This document shows, in pieces, positions 7,778 to 17,665 of a stretch of DNA of 64,000 nt. A model generated the notes under the pieces. It did no database searches. It saw nothing but the letters and a program-made list of their open reading frames with translations, and had not been told where the DNA came from. The translations under genes and the position numbers were made by a program. The first letter of the stretch is position 1. Every line of letters begins with the position of its first letter. This stretch comes from a virus: IMG/VR virus record IMGVR_UViG_3300049020_000031, positions 1-64,000 of that record; one strand, written 5' to 3'.

Positions 7778-8041
7778 ATGGCAAAAAGCAAAAAGTATCG
7801 TGACACACTGGCGATGGCTGGTAGTGACCTCTACAAACTCCTGGATGACGGCGAAGATGCAAAAGCCGAGAAGTCCTATTTCGAGACTGAACAAGCAAGC
7901 AAGAAGACTATGGGCGAACATGCTCATCGAGTGTGGAAAGAGAACAAGAAACATTATGAATTTGCGGCTCGCAAAGCCAGCGAACACATGGCTCACGTTT
8001 ACGCTCGAGTAAACTATTTGCTGACAACTCCGCAAAGTTGA
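7778..8041 (+). CDS. hypothetical protein
   Basis: 87 aa, RBS GAGG. Confidence 0.72.
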   Translation: MAKSKKYRDTLAMAGSDLYKLLDDGEDAKAEKSYFETEQASKKTMGEHAHRVWKENKKHYEFAARKASEHMAHVYARVNYLLTTPQS

Positions 8042-8042
8042 A

Positions 8043-8471
8043 ATGAAACGAGTAGAATCCATCACGGATGTACTACCAGAGACGATATATGAGATCTTCT
8101 TTGGTGCCGCTACCAAAAGTATGTTCATTGATACGGCCAATAATTGGGCCCGTCTCTTGATATATTTCCCCAAAGCAGAAACGCAAGGTTATGATAGGGG
8201 ATGGATTGACGTCGAAGTTTCACGAATGGGGTTTGGTGTAATTACCGCTCACCGAGTTATAGACAAATCCCCAGTTCCAATCAAGGTATTCAAACGGCAT
8301 TTTGATGACTCGTGGTTGATTGACCCCACGAGTCTTCGGTTCAGACTAGCCAATCCCGATTGGCGGAAGCAGACTATGACGAAATGCTTAGAGGAGATTT
8401 TGGAAAAAGAAAAAGAACTTGAGCAGCTTCACGCTCTAGCTGGTATGGTTCAGAACAGCCGTGTTTACTGA
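8043..8471 (+). CDS. hypothetical protein
   Basis: 142 aa, adjacent to upstream stop. Confidence 0.65.
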   Translation: MKRVESITDVLPETIYEIFFGAATKSMFIDTANNWARLLIYFPKAETQGYDRGWIDVEVSRMGFGVITAHRVIDKSPVPIKVFKRHFDDSWLIDPTSLRFRLANPDWRKQTMTKCLEEILEKEKELEQLHALAGMVQNSRVY

Positions 8472-8510
8472 AACCAGGTTTTCTTAAATATGTAACAGTT
8501 GAAAAATAAG

Positions 8511-8549
8511 TTCATTTGGTGTTGATTCTATTTCATTTGGTGTTATAGT
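8511..8549 (+). promoter_or_regulatory. promoter with two inverted copies of the spacer motif (TTCATTTGG)
   Basis: TTCATTTGGTGTT at 8511-8523 and 8532-8544; TTGATT-16-TATAGT. Confidence 0.7.
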
Positions 8550-8606
8550 TGATACATGGTGCAGGTAAACTGCAAAACTTGAAACAAACTGAAAAGGAAA
8601 TAAATC

Positions 8607-8966
8607 ATGGCTGCAAATGTACAAGTTCTGAAGGTTGGTCACGCACTGGTTCAAGGCGCACGCGGTGCAGCTGGTGGCGCTCCTAGTAAGGATAGCGTTT
8701 ACGGTGTGGCGCTGATCCAAGGCAACCTGGTGACATTTGGTGGTCGTCGTGGCGGTACATTGCGTTTCAAGACGTATCGCAAGGCTGATACTGCCAAGGT
8801 TCTGGCTACTTTTGACACCAAGTTGGTGAAAGCACAAGGCGGCTTCAACTACACGGACGTTCAAGAAGTTGAAACTGTGGTGAACCCTGCAGAACTGGGC
8901 CGCATGTTCTACAAGGCAATGGCTCACGGCAAGCTGAACACCAACAGCACCCGCAAAGTCAAGTAA
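8607..8966 (+). CDS. small basic hypothetical protein
   Basis: 119 aa, RBS AAGGA, biased codons, own promoter and terminator. Confidence 0.8.
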   Translation: MAANVQVLKVGHALVQGARGAAGGAPSKDSVYGVALIQGNLVTFGGRRGGTLRFKTYRKADTAKVLATFDTKLVKAQGGFNYTDVQEVETVVNPAELGRMFYKAMAHGKLNTNSTRKVK

Positions 8967-8981
8967 TCCCTTGATCGTTGC

Positions 8982-9004
8982 AAAACCCCACATCGTGGGG
9001 TTTT
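8982..9004 (+). terminator. intrinsic terminator
   Basis: AAAACCCCAC-ATC-GTGGGGTTTT. Confidence 0.75.
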
Positions 9005-9031
9005 CGACCATTGGAGTTGGTAAATAGCTGC

Positions 9032-9610
9032 ATGAATATAGAAAATCTTTTCAATGGAACTGACGGGGTGTTGGTTATCGATCAACAATTTGATGCCAAA
9101 CTCCTCAGAGATGAAATGACTGAAATTCTGGGTGAATCAGAAGCTATGGATGCTTGGTCCACCTTCAGTCAATTGGGTCTCACACACCGCGTGGGAATAG
9201 ATCCCACGACTAGATATCGTGATGGGTGTGGTTCGTTGTATGACAAAGACACTCAAAAGATGCTGGCCGAGACTTCACAATTTTCTCAGTTATCCACTGA
9301 TAAGCCATACATCAATCAAGTCATTGATGTGGTTCGAGAGATCGCAAACACATATGGAAGACAAGTGGGTAGAGTTCGATTCATGAAACAGGATGCCAAA
9401 ACCTGTTTGAGTCTGCATCGTGACCTTGACGAGTTTAGATTCCACGTACCGATTCAGACCTTCAAGACTGCGTTCTTCATCGTTGATGACGTGGTGTGTA
9501 GAATGCCCAGAGAAGGCAATATGTACCTTCTGAATACTAAAGTACCGCACACCGCAGTGAATGCCGATTACACGAAAAGCAGGATTCACCTGCTTTTCGA
9601 TACCTACTAA
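9032..9610 (+). CDS. 2OG-Fe(II) oxygenase, Asp/Asn beta-hydroxylase-like
   Basis: RVRFM..LSLHRD..RFHVPI..NTKVPHTAVN..RIHLLFD (HxD...H, R). Confidence 0.82.
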   Translation: MNIENLFNGTDGVLVIDQQFDAKLLRDEMTEILGESEAMDAWSTFSQLGLTHRVGIDPTTRYRDGCGSLYDKDTQKMLAETSQFSQLSTDKPYINQVIDVVREIANTYGRQVGRVRFMKQDAKTCLSLHRDLDEFRFHVPIQTFKTAFFIVDDVVCRMPREGNMYLLNTKVPHTAVNADYTKSRIHLLFDTY

Positions 9611-10230
9611 TACTCAGTTACCAACAGATCATGATCGTGTATCGATCCGTCAATGACGAACCAGAGGACGACGCTCTGATTGTAGGTTATAAAATGTGGT
9701 CTGAATGATGAATTGAATTCAAACTTCGTTATACCATCTGGATACAGTTTGAGTTCTTGATAATCCAATCCAGAGGGAATTCTTGATGGATCAAGGTACC
9801 AACGTGATGGTCGTTTCACTGAATCCCTGGTTATCATCATAGATGGCAATTCACCATCTTGGGACAACGGTATGGCAAAAGTGGTAGTCATACAAGGATT
9901 GCCGTCAATCATATGATGCACATGTGAGGGACAATTTTGATATCCAAATGGAGCTGAAAACGTGAGGAAGCATTTGCTGTCCGGTGTTCGCTCCACGGTG
10001 CTATACAATTGATCCAACAGCGCCAAAACGTCACCCAGATACCTTGGTGACAGTGCCTTGACGTCATGGATCTTCTTGATCGTAGGTATGCCACTATAAG
10101 CCAAGATGTTGAATGACTTGTCCTTTTCAACATCAACTATTTGCCTGTCATAGAACGATGATCTTGGTTGATAATTGTTCTGTGCCTCCAAGGTCAACTC
10201 GATCAATTCTTCATTAGGAATATTGAGCAT
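9607..10230 (-). CDS. putative 2OG-Fe(II)/cupin-fold protein
   Basis: PSHVHH...TFAIPL...FNSSFRPH; start at 10230 coupled by TAATG. Confidence 0.55.
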   Translation of the reverse strand: MLNIPNEELIELTLEAQNNYQPRSSFYDRQIVDVEKDKSFNILAYSGIPTIKKIHDVKALSPRYLGDVLALLDQLYSTVERTPDSKCFLTFSAPFGYQNCPSHVHHMIDGNPCMTTTFAIPLSQDGELPSMMITRDSVKRPSRWYLDPSRIPSGLDYQELKLYPDGITKFEFNSSFRPHFITYNQSVVLWFVIDGSIHDHDLLVTEY

Positions 10231-11150
10231 TATGGATTCCACATCGTGATCGCGCCAGCCTTCTGTGAATCCGTTGCACCACGACATATCGCTTTTGCTT
10301 TTGCATATGAGGAAACAACGCCGTGCAGATTGATCTTGAAGGGTGCAAGATCGATAGTTCTTTCATTGCCGTTCAGGTTGTCGTAGAGGAAAAGAGTTGC
10401 CACTTCAGTCTTTGTTGGGTTCGCTTCATCAGCGAACGGCAACACGGGGAATGGGCACGGCTTGTTCAATTGTTCACAGGCCAAAACGGCAACCATGAAC
10501 CAATAGAAGTTCACTCTCTTGCTGAGACCTTGTGCCAAGTAATCCGTCTTGATCAACTCCTGATACACCTTGATTACTTCCTGATATCTACCGTCAATGA
10601 ACAGCTTTGCCATCTGTTTGTCAGAGAACTTCATAGGGCTAGTGTCATAGTCCCATTGATTGTCAGACCCAGATTTCTTGTAAGGAGTCTGAATGAAGTG
10701 GTTGGCCTTTGGGAAAGTCAACATGAACTTTGACGCATTCAAGGTATTGATTGGCCAGCAATGTGTATGCCATTTGAATTCCAATTTTATGTTTGAGAAC
10801 ATAATTCTGGAGTAATGATCCACCAGGAAGTAGTTGTCGCAGTTGTTAATCAACCCGTAAGTTACATCGGCGGTGAAGTGCTCGGTGGTTATCTGACCAA
10901 GCGTTCGCAAATCCAATCGCTCATCCAAATCCAACATCAGAGAAGTTTCAAGGTCGTAGTCGACTTTTTCCTGCAGAATATTTCTAGCCTTGTCTTCTTC
11001 GTGAAAGCAAGACGTGGCAATAGTAGTCAATCTGCATTTTGGGTGGTTTGTGACAAAGTCAATGCTGAACTTATCAGCATTGCTCTGAACGAACTCGAAT
11101 CTATCCACCCAGGGTTCATGATATTGCACGAACCCTTGGATGTTGTTCAT
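10230..11150 (-). CDS. putative glycosyltransferase (GT-A / GT2-like)
   Basis: KARN...LMLDLDERL (DxD), WHTH; RBS GAGG before ATG 11150. Confidence 0.6.
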   Translation of the reverse strand: MNNIQGFVQYHEPWVDRFEFVQSNADKFSIDFVTNHPKCRLTTIATSCFHEEDKARNILQEKVDYDLETSLMLDLDERLDLRTLGQITTEHFTADVTYGLINNCDNYFLVDHYSRIMFSNIKLEFKWHTHCWPINTLNASKFMLTFPKANHFIQTPYKKSGSDNQWDYDTSPMKFSDKQMAKLFIDGRYQEVIKVYQELIKTDYLAQGLSKRVNFYWFMVAVLACEQLNKPCPFPVLPFADEANPTKTEVATLFLYDNLNGNERTIDLAPFKINLHGVVSSYAKAKAICRGATDSQKAGAITMWNP

Positions 11151-11154
11151 TTCC

Positions 11155-11757
11155 TCACCTAAAAGGGCGAGGGCAACCAGCTTCTTCTGAATCATATTCA
11201 ATAACCTCCATTAGGGGTTGATGCTTGTCTGTTAAAACGTTCTCGAAAACAAAAATCCAATAAGTTGATTCAGTGGTGTTGTCCACCGCATGCGGTGCCT
11301 TCGAATCAAAGTTCAACACACCGTTATGGATCAAATAATCACTATCGCCCACAGTCAACGTCATTCCTGTCTTTTTCTTATCTGACGGAATGCAAAGAGT
11401 GACTGTGTTATTTTCTCTAAAATGCAGGTGAGAGGGAATCTTCCCACCTGGTGGACACACTATCATGAACGAGATTTCATATTGGCCATAACTCTCCGCC
11501 ACAAAGGATCGAGCGGCGTGCATGAGATCGAAAACTTCTTTCTTGAGTTCCCCACCCAGAGTCAAGTTTGCTGAATACCAAAATCCTGGTCTCAGGGATA
11601 CTTTGGATGAATCATATGGATAATCTAACTCCAAGCCACCGGTGCTGGTCTCGAATGCACTGAACGGCAATTTGCGCGTTTGCAGAGTATCGAGATCAAC
11701 ATAAAGACGTCCGAGCGTCAAAAACTTTTCCAACTCAGGATTGTTGTAATCCAGCAT
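11155..11757 (-). CDS. 2OG-Fe(II)/cupin-fold protein
   Basis: PPGGKIPSHLH...FDSKAPHAVDN. Confidence 0.7.
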   Translation of the reverse strand: MLDYNNPELEKFLTLGRLYVDLDTLQTRKLPFSAFETSTGGLELDYPYDSSKVSLRPGFWYSANLTLGGELKKEVFDLMHAARSFVAESYGQYEISFMIVCPPGGKIPSHLHFRENNTVTLCIPSDKKKTGMTLTVGDSDYLIHNGVLNFDSKAPHAVDNTTESTYWIFVFENVLTDKHQPLMEVIEYDSEEAGCPRPFR

Positions 11758-12328
11758 GATTTTCCTTGTACCAATAATCACTATTTATCGCGAATTCTAT
11801 TGAATAAATGTTCTGTTTAACATGATTGAATTCATGTTCGCCACGGAAGGCTAGGCGTTCCAAGAGCGTCTTTGATAGTTTGTTGGTTTTCTCAGAGTGT
11901 CTCTGTTGTTGAAACATCCTAGGGAGGTGACGGTTATAGGTATTTACCGTCAATACCATGGAATCAACACCTAGTGCAAGAGCTCGATTGTAGAACGCAG
12001 GTAACAGGTCGTTGATGAACGTATGACTATATTTCGACTCACTGTCAAAGGTGCAATAACGAACTCCAAACACCAGTGAATTTTGATACAAATATGCACC
12101 ACAACTCTTTATGGTTTTGCCCGCATCATCAACTGCTTCTAACCATCCACCATCATAAAACTTGTTCTGTTCAAAAAGACTCTGCAGAGTGTTTGTTGGT
12201 GGATTCGATTCATACCATTGATAGTTTTCTTCAGAGAGTCGATCAGTGGCTCTTCTATCAGAAAACAACTCCTTTTGACGCTTCAGAAAGTCCAAGTTCG
12301 AGGTGTCATACGTTGTGACTATTCTCAT
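11735..12328 (-). CDS. putative GNAT-fold acyltransferase
   Basis: SCGAY..GVRYC..LLP..RALALGVDSMVLTVNTYN pattern. Confidence 0.5.
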   Translation of the reverse strand: MRIVTTYDTSNLDFLKRQKELFSDRRATDRLSEENYQWYESNPPTNTLQSLFEQNKFYDGGWLEAVDDAGKTIKSCGAYLYQNSLVFGVRYCTFDSESKYSHTFINDLLPAFYNRALALGVDSMVLTVNTYNRHLPRMFQQQRHSEKTNKLSKTLLERLAFRGEHEFNHVKQNIYSIEFAINSDYWYKENHAGLQQS

Positions 12329-13055
12329 GGAATTCCTCTACTCGATCTAACATCTTCTGGCCGTGAACATCAATGATTAGATGCAAGCGATGGCCATCGC
12401 TCTTATTCTCCGCCCAATGCTTGTGGCCGCTATTGAAGAAGTAAACCGACCCATCTGCTGGTAGGCTTCTACAGTCAACTTCACCATTGGCTATGATACC
12501 AAGAACACATAGGGGATTGGTTAGAATCGGGATATGGTATCTGACAATGTATGATGGATCATAGTCCACATGCTCTTTGATTTTGAATCCCGGCGTCAAG
12601 CACGCCAGCCTGACTCTGGTGACGGTGTCATCAAACATCTGAATTATTTCACGGAGATATTGAGGACAATCGTCCTTGATCTTGCCGTAGTTTCTCTCAT
12701 CGGCAATTGGATCATATTCGCCTCTAGATGGATCAAGTCTGCGGAGTCGATCACGAACAGTAGTGCCATCGCCCAATTGAGGAGTCACTTCTGGTCCTTG
12801 GTATTGAGTCAAATACAGTTGGCGATATCGCTCACCATTCAGTGATCCATCCTCAGAAAAGAATGAACGTTTGCTGAATGAATTGACTGTTGTGAAATCG
12901 ATGTGATCCCCACTGTTTGATTTCTGAACATTGATGTCGTTGTAGATGTCAAAATCCAGCATATTGCTAGATGCCAATTCTGCCATCAATCGATCGATGT
13001 CGATATGAAGACCTGGAACCTTTCCGAAGTTTGGTAATTGCTTTCTTGTTTTCAT
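12306..13055 (-). CDS. 2OG-Fe(II) oxygenase, Asp/Asn beta-hydroxylase-like
   Basis: RVRLACLTPGFKIKEHVD..RYHIPI..NSGHKHWAEN..RLHLIID. Confidence 0.85.
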   Translation of the reverse strand: MKTRKQLPNFGKVPGLHIDIDRLMAELASSNMLDFDIYNDINVQKSNSGDHIDFTTVNSFSKRSFFSEDGSLNGERYRQLYLTQYQGPEVTPQLGDGTTVRDRLRRLDPSRGEYDPIADERNYGKIKDDCPQYLREIIQMFDDTVTRVRLACLTPGFKIKEHVDYDPSYIVRYHIPILTNPLCVLGIIANGEVDCRSLPADGSVYFFNSGHKHWAENKSDGHRLHLIIDVHGQKMLDRVEEFHENSHNV

Positions 13056-13633
13056 TAAATTTTAAATTCCTCAAGAGCTTTGATAGTTTCATTGAATGAC
13101 AACGTACTACCAAAACTAATCATCTGACGATTGAACGCAGATGCATTTCTTGCGTTGTGGGGCTCACGCACATTCACCACAGAAACACAACGCATATTGT
13201 GAGAATATGCGAGTTCACACATCTCCGGTTTAAGGTAGCGCAAATTGTATTCAGATTTTCGCTCCTCCATCAAATGATCCTCTCCTTTGATACGCCAAAA
13301 CTGAGTGTACGCTTCTATGATGGAACAATCATATAGAGGGATGTTGATGGCAGAAACTCTACTATTTCCCCTAGATCCCAACCCATCGATATGAGGGAGT
13401 TCCAGCGAGAGATATGGTGGCATGTTCAACAAGGACGCGATATCAGGGTTCATGAATGGGAGTCTATTTACTAGGTTGGAGAACAGAGCTGATTCAGATA
13501 TTTCAATCTTGGTTGCAAGCAATTCCAAATTTGCCAACCTGTTAAATTCTGCCTGCATGGTTGGGATGTCAAACAGCGAATGGATATCGATGTTGGAAAC
13601 TTCGTGGATATAAGAGTTGCTCACTGGATTCAT
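13055..13633 (-). CDS. 2OG-Fe(II) oxygenase-like protein
   Basis: LPHID..AINIPL..NVREPHNARN..RQMIS. Confidence 0.7.
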   Translation of the reverse strand: MNPVSNSYIHEVSNIDIHSLFDIPTMQAEFNRLANLELLATKIEISESALFSNLVNRLPFMNPDIASLLNMPPYLSLELPHIDGLGSRGNSRVSAINIPLYDCSIIEAYTQFWRIKGEDHLMEERKSEYNLRYLKPEMCELAYSHNMRCVSVVNVREPHNARNASAFNRQMISFGSTLSFNETIKALEEFKI

Positions 13634-13843
13634 ATGGAATTCCTAAATAAATTGTGCGGTCATTCGCTCGATTTTTGGATCAGGTTTGTGCAATATTTAT
13701 TCGCTTTCTATGTTGAAACTCGGTACGGGTTTCTCTATCGTTCACCTGAACCTTGGTTCAATCAAGCATTGGTTAGAGAACAATGTCCTGGTGTGATATT
13801 TCATTGTTCTGAAACGCACGTTCTCCACAAGTACGGTGGCTTT

Positions 13844-14317
13844 ATGAAGAATCTGGGTCTTCGAGCTGCCATGATCCTGGAGACCCACAGTGCTGAAGAA
13901 GCAGTGATGCTCCGTATGATGTCGGAACAAATTGTCCTTCCAGTATCTGGAGTGAAGAGTCGCCCGCCGATACTGCAATTGATATTGGAAGATCCAGACT
14001 GGGATGTATTGGCTGAAATCAGCAAGCCATTGTGGTCTCATCGAGCAAATGAAGTAAAGCGTCGTCAAGATCTCCGAACCATCACCAGCTTGCAAAAGCA
14101 GATTGATAGAATGAATACGGTATTGGAAGATCACTCAGAAACACTAAGTGTTGATTTTATCAGGAACACTACTACGTTCGTCAACGCCAGTTATGATGAA
14201 ATTGATCGAATCAAGAACACTAGTAAGGTTGAATCTAGGAACGCATCAATGGCTAGGCGACAACTCCAGAGAAAGTTGATGAGTTATTCTGTCTTCTCCG
14301 CATCATCTGAAAGATAA
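13844..14317 (+). CDS. hypothetical protein
   Basis: 3' part of 245 aa ORF; start uncertain. Confidence 0.55.
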   Translation: MKNLGLRAAMILETHSAEEAVMLRMMSEQIVLPVSGVKSRPPILQLILEDPDWDVLAEISKPLWSHRANEVKRRQDLRTITSLQKQIDRMNTVLEDHSETLSVDFIRNTTTFVNASYDEIDRIKNTSKVESRNASMARRQLQRKLMSYSVFSASSER

Positions 14318-14359
14318 TTCCTGCTAGAATGGTTCATCTTGAACCAACAAAGGAATTTC

Positions 14360-14572
14360 ATGCCGGCAATCGCAATCGTAGTGGCGCTGATGGTAGGCGC
14401 CGCATCCGTGGAACAATCAACCGTTCCGCCAACCACCACAAACGAAAAGGTGATTTATCAACCTACTGGCAAGGAGATTGCTGAATCTCTGGGTTACCAC
14501 ACTGGGCCAAAGGGTTGGGAGAACGTCGACCCCACTGATCCTTGGATCAAGCGTCGAAACAAATATCAGTAA
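14360..14572 (+). CDS. small exported protein
   Basis: hydrophobic N-terminus MPAIAIVVALMVGAA; RBS AAGGA. Confidence 0.6.
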   Translation: MPAIAIVVALMVGAASVEQSTVPPTTTNEKVIYQPTGKEIAESLGYHTGPKGWENVDPTDPWIKRRNKYQ

Positions 14573-14611
14573 TCGCTTGCATTGATTCATCTGCCATATT
14601 AGAATCCCAAT

Positions 14612-14998
14612 ATGGGAACCAACTATTACGCCACAAAAAAACCACACCTGATTGATAAACTCCGGGGAGCTGAAGATGAATATCTTCACATCGGAAAGAG
14701 TTCTGGTGGGTGGTGTTTTTCTCTTAGGATGCACCGAGAGCATGGATTGGTGAACCTTGCTTCTTGGTACAAATATTTGTCATCTGGGACCGTTATCATC
14801 ACCAATGAATACGATGCCGTGGTAAGCCTAGACGATCTGTTGGTTAAGATTACTAAACGAAAGTGGGATCGTACTGGTCAAAATATACTTGATGATGGTG
14901 ATACTTACCACCCAGATGGTTGCCGACGTCATGCTGTTGAGAGTAGGGTGTTCCACGGAGCAGGAACTTACGATCTGCTCGACGTTGAATTCAGTTAA
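14612..14998 (+). CDS. conserved hypothetical phage protein
   Basis: MGTNYY...HIGKSSGGWCF...EFS; promoter TTGCAT-17-TAGAAT ends 6 nt upstream (leaderless). Confidence 0.8.
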   Translation: MGTNYYATKKPHLIDKLRGAEDEYLHIGKSSGGWCFSLRMHREHGLVNLASWYKYLSSGTVIITNEYDAVVSLDDLLVKITKRKWDRTGQNILDDGDTYHPDGCRRHAVESRVFHGAGTYDLLDVEFS

Positions 14999-15007
14999 GG
15001 AGAAACG

Positions 15008-15508
15008 ATGAACCTGAATCATATGCCTCTTTCTTTACGAACTAGGTATTCTGAAATCAACAAAGACCTTGATGTGGTGTTGAGTCATACCGAAGTTTTG
15101 GAAAAATGGCGCGTCTATCAGAAACTTGAAAATGAAGTTTCGGATCTGGATCAGTCCGTTGGAATGGAGAAGAATCAGGTTGCTGCTATCAACAATGCAG
15201 ACAATCTATATCTGAAGAGTGGATACAATCACTATGACCGTGATTATTATGGCAACATGTCTGCCAATTATGATGCTATTTCGCCATTGTTCTTGAACTT
15301 GCTTAAGAATCAAGCAAACGTCCATTTGGCAAAACGATCGAAGTTTTTGAAATCTCAGCAGTACAAATTGGCTGCCCTCGAGACTGATCTCTTTGGGTAT
15401 ATCTACCAAAATGTCCGCCTTTATGGTCACCCAATAACCAAGACCACGAAAGAGACGATTCGATTCATCATTAAAAATCATGAACCAACAGATCTGTCAA
15501 TATCTTAA
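15008..15508 (+). CDS. hypothetical protein
   Basis: 166 aa, RBS AAGGAG. Confidence 0.7.
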   Translation: MNLNHMPLSLRTRYSEINKDLDVVLSHTEVLEKWRVYQKLENEVSDLDQSVGMEKNQVAAINNADNLYLKSGYNHYDRDYYGNMSANYDAISPLFLNLLKNQANVHLAKRSKFLKSQQYKLAALETDLFGYIYQNVRLYGHPITKTTKETIRFIIKNHEPTDLSIS

Positions 15509-15812
15509 TGTTCACTATCGGATTGATGGTCCCAAGTTGTATCCGTATGACTTGTTTTCTCACACCGAGAAAGATCAACGAATCATGTTTGCGGTTCGTT
15601 CTCATGTAAATTTCGTTGACTCCAAGGGGCATGATTGCTACTTTTGGTTCAACGAGATTCCAATCAAACTCTTGAAAATTGGTGGGACCTGGTCAATCTT
15701 TAAAGACCCTGGCTTCCACTTGAAGTCGATGATTCCCGTTCATGATTTCCCAGCCCAGAAGATGCCATTATGTTTATGGTGCTCAATGGTGGAAAACCAG
15801 GAACTCACTTGA
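15480..15812 (+). CDS. hypothetical protein
   Basis: 110 aa ORF filling gap. Confidence 0.55.
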   Translation: MNQQICQYLNVHYRIDGPKLYPYDLFSHTEKDQRIMFAVRSHVNFVDSKGHDCYFWFNEIPIKLLKIGGTWSIFKDPGFHLKSMIPVHDFPAQKMPLCLWCSMVENQELT

Positions 15813-15837
15813 TGGAATAACCAGATGAATGTATAAT
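15809..15837 (+). promoter_or_regulatory. sigma70-like promoter with CCAGATGAA spacer motif
   Basis: TTGATG-gaataaCCAGATGAAtg-TATAAT. Confidence 0.75.
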
Positions 15838-15862
15838 GGTCATATCGTAACTGAGGTTGAAT

Positions 15863-17020
15863 ATGACCCAAAACACCGCAGACTCCCAGTACCTGATCCC
15901 AGAAAAGAACTTCCCAGCTTTTGAGAAGGCTATCGCCGCTCTTTCGAAGAAATGCCTGAAGTTCACCGGAGAGGAAATTTCCCTGGTGGTGTTTGGTTAC
16001 GAGCTGGTTGAATTCAAGCCACAACAATTCGTCAAATGCTACAACGTTCTGCTCAATACTCCCCAACTTGTGTCTGGAGATTGGAAGTTCGTTGGGGTAC
16101 TGGATCATTCACTTGATCCCAATATTGGAAACCTTGTCCGATCTCTTACTAGCGATCAAGTACCCGTAGAGTTTCGCCACGGATATCGATGCAATCACTG
16201 TTCAGTGAACCGATTCCGCAAGCAGACTTTCTTACTTCGTGAAACGACCAGTGGCGAATACAAGCAAGTTGGTTCCTCTTGCTTGAAAGATTTCACCAAG
16301 ATTGATTCCGTCCATGCTACTGCCAAGGCGGCTGAGCTCTTGTCAGAAGTAAGGTCGTTGGCTCATGCGAGCTCTAGGATATCCGCTTCAGATAACTCTG
16401 GGTTAGATCTTCTCACCTATATGGCTCATGTCGCCAGTATCGTTCGTAAGGACGGTGGTTTTATCTCGGTGTCGGCAGCAAAACAGAATTACAAACTTTC
16501 TCATGAAACTGTTGTGTCAACAGCTGAACAAGCTCGAAACATGATGGCATACGAACGCAACTACGATCTTACACCCGATGATTATTCAATTGCGAATCAC
16601 GTGATAGAATGGGGTAAGGAATTGGTGAATGATCCACGTTCCCAGTGGAGTGATTATTTCTACAACCTCAGTCTGATCGCCAGAAATCCAGTGATTACCT
16701 GGCCGTCAACCAATATGGCAGCGAGCCTGTATAATGCCTGCTTGCCCAGTAGGGTGAAGACTTCTGAGTTCCTGGGTGAGGTTGGTGAAACGGTGACTCT
16801 TACTTTCACAGCCACTCATGTGGAACGCAAGGGCGATGGTTCCGGAGTTTCATATATTCTGCACCGAGGCCACGATGAGCATGGCAATTATGTGACCTTC
16901 ACACGTCAAAGTATTTTTGTAAACCAAGGACAACACGTGAAGATGACTGGAACTATCAAACAACTGGATGTCTGGGGTCGTGACAAATCTACTCGCTTGG
17001 TAAGGATTGCTCGTGTCTAA
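15863..17020 (+). CDS. phage protein with Cys/His zinc-binding motif and probable C-terminal OB fold
   Basis: CNHC..NRFR..VGSSCLKDF; C-terminal SEFLGEVGE...KSTRLVR. Confidence 0.75.
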   Translation: MTQNTADSQYLIPEKNFPAFEKAIAALSKKCLKFTGEEISLVVFGYELVEFKPQQFVKCYNVLLNTPQLVSGDWKFVGVLDHSLDPNIGNLVRSLTSDQVPVEFRHGYRCNHCSVNRFRKQTFLLRETTSGEYKQVGSSCLKDFTKIDSVHATAKAAELLSEVRSLAHASSRISASDNSGLDLLTYMAHVASIVRKDGGFISVSAAKQNYKLSHETVVSTAEQARNMMAYERNYDLTPDDYSIANHVIEWGKELVNDPRSQWSDYFYNLSLIARNPVITWPSTNMAASLYNACLPSRVKTSEFLGEVGETVTLTFTATHVERKGDGSGVSYILHRGHDEHGNYVTFTRQSIFVNQGQHVKMTGTIKQLDVWGRDKSTRLVRIARV

Positions 17021-17663
17021 ACGTACCTACCCAGGCCTCAATCCCTCGATAGCCTATAAGTTGGGGTCCTTCAACGACTATTTGAAGGCTAGGTTCAAAC
17101 AGAAAGTTATCACGAATCAACTGCATCAAATGGCGATGGATGAATACACTCATGAATTTGCCAACGAGATGCTTCTTCTCCCACCTGTGGATTTTGAATC
17201 ACAGAGTGCGGCAAAGTTGATGGTTCGTTCAGCGGTGATTGGTACCCAAAACAGATCAACCTATATTGGTGACAAATACGATGTGGAGTTGCCAACTCAG
17301 TTAGAATGGTACGCGGAAATGATGGGGAGGGGAACCATTACCAGTTACGCTTGGATCTCTGAAGACAGTGTTCTTCCAATCATGTTGGAAAAATATTCAA
17401 CAAGCTCTAGGCGTCCCTACGCACAATGGATGATCAGTTCCATTTGGCGGATCATCGGTGATGGTTGGGACCTAACCTTTGGAGAAGGAATGTTTCAATG
17501 GGACAACGCCGCCGGTGCAGTGTTGTTTGAATATGAAACTCCCGCGGAAGTGAATTACCACGCACTCACTCATAAGGTTTCTAAATTGCAAAGCCCCAGG
17601 CTTATTGGGGATGAAGAAAAGTTTCGTGATGACTTGTGTTTGATTAAACTACTTGAAAGGTAA
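17007..17663 (+). CDS. hypothetical protein
   Basis: 218 aa ORF between flanking genes. Confidence 0.65.
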   Translation: MLVSKRTYPGLNPSIAYKLGSFNDYLKARFKQKVITNQLHQMAMDEYTHEFANEMLLLPPVDFESQSAAKLMVRSAVIGTQNRSTYIGDKYDVELPTQLEWYAEMMGRGTITSYAWISEDSVLPIMLEKYSTSSRRPYAQWMISSIWRIIGDGWDLTFGEGMFQWDNAAGAVLFEYETPAEVNYHALTHKVSKLQSPRLIGDEEKFRDDLCLIKLLER

Positions 17664-17665
17664 GA

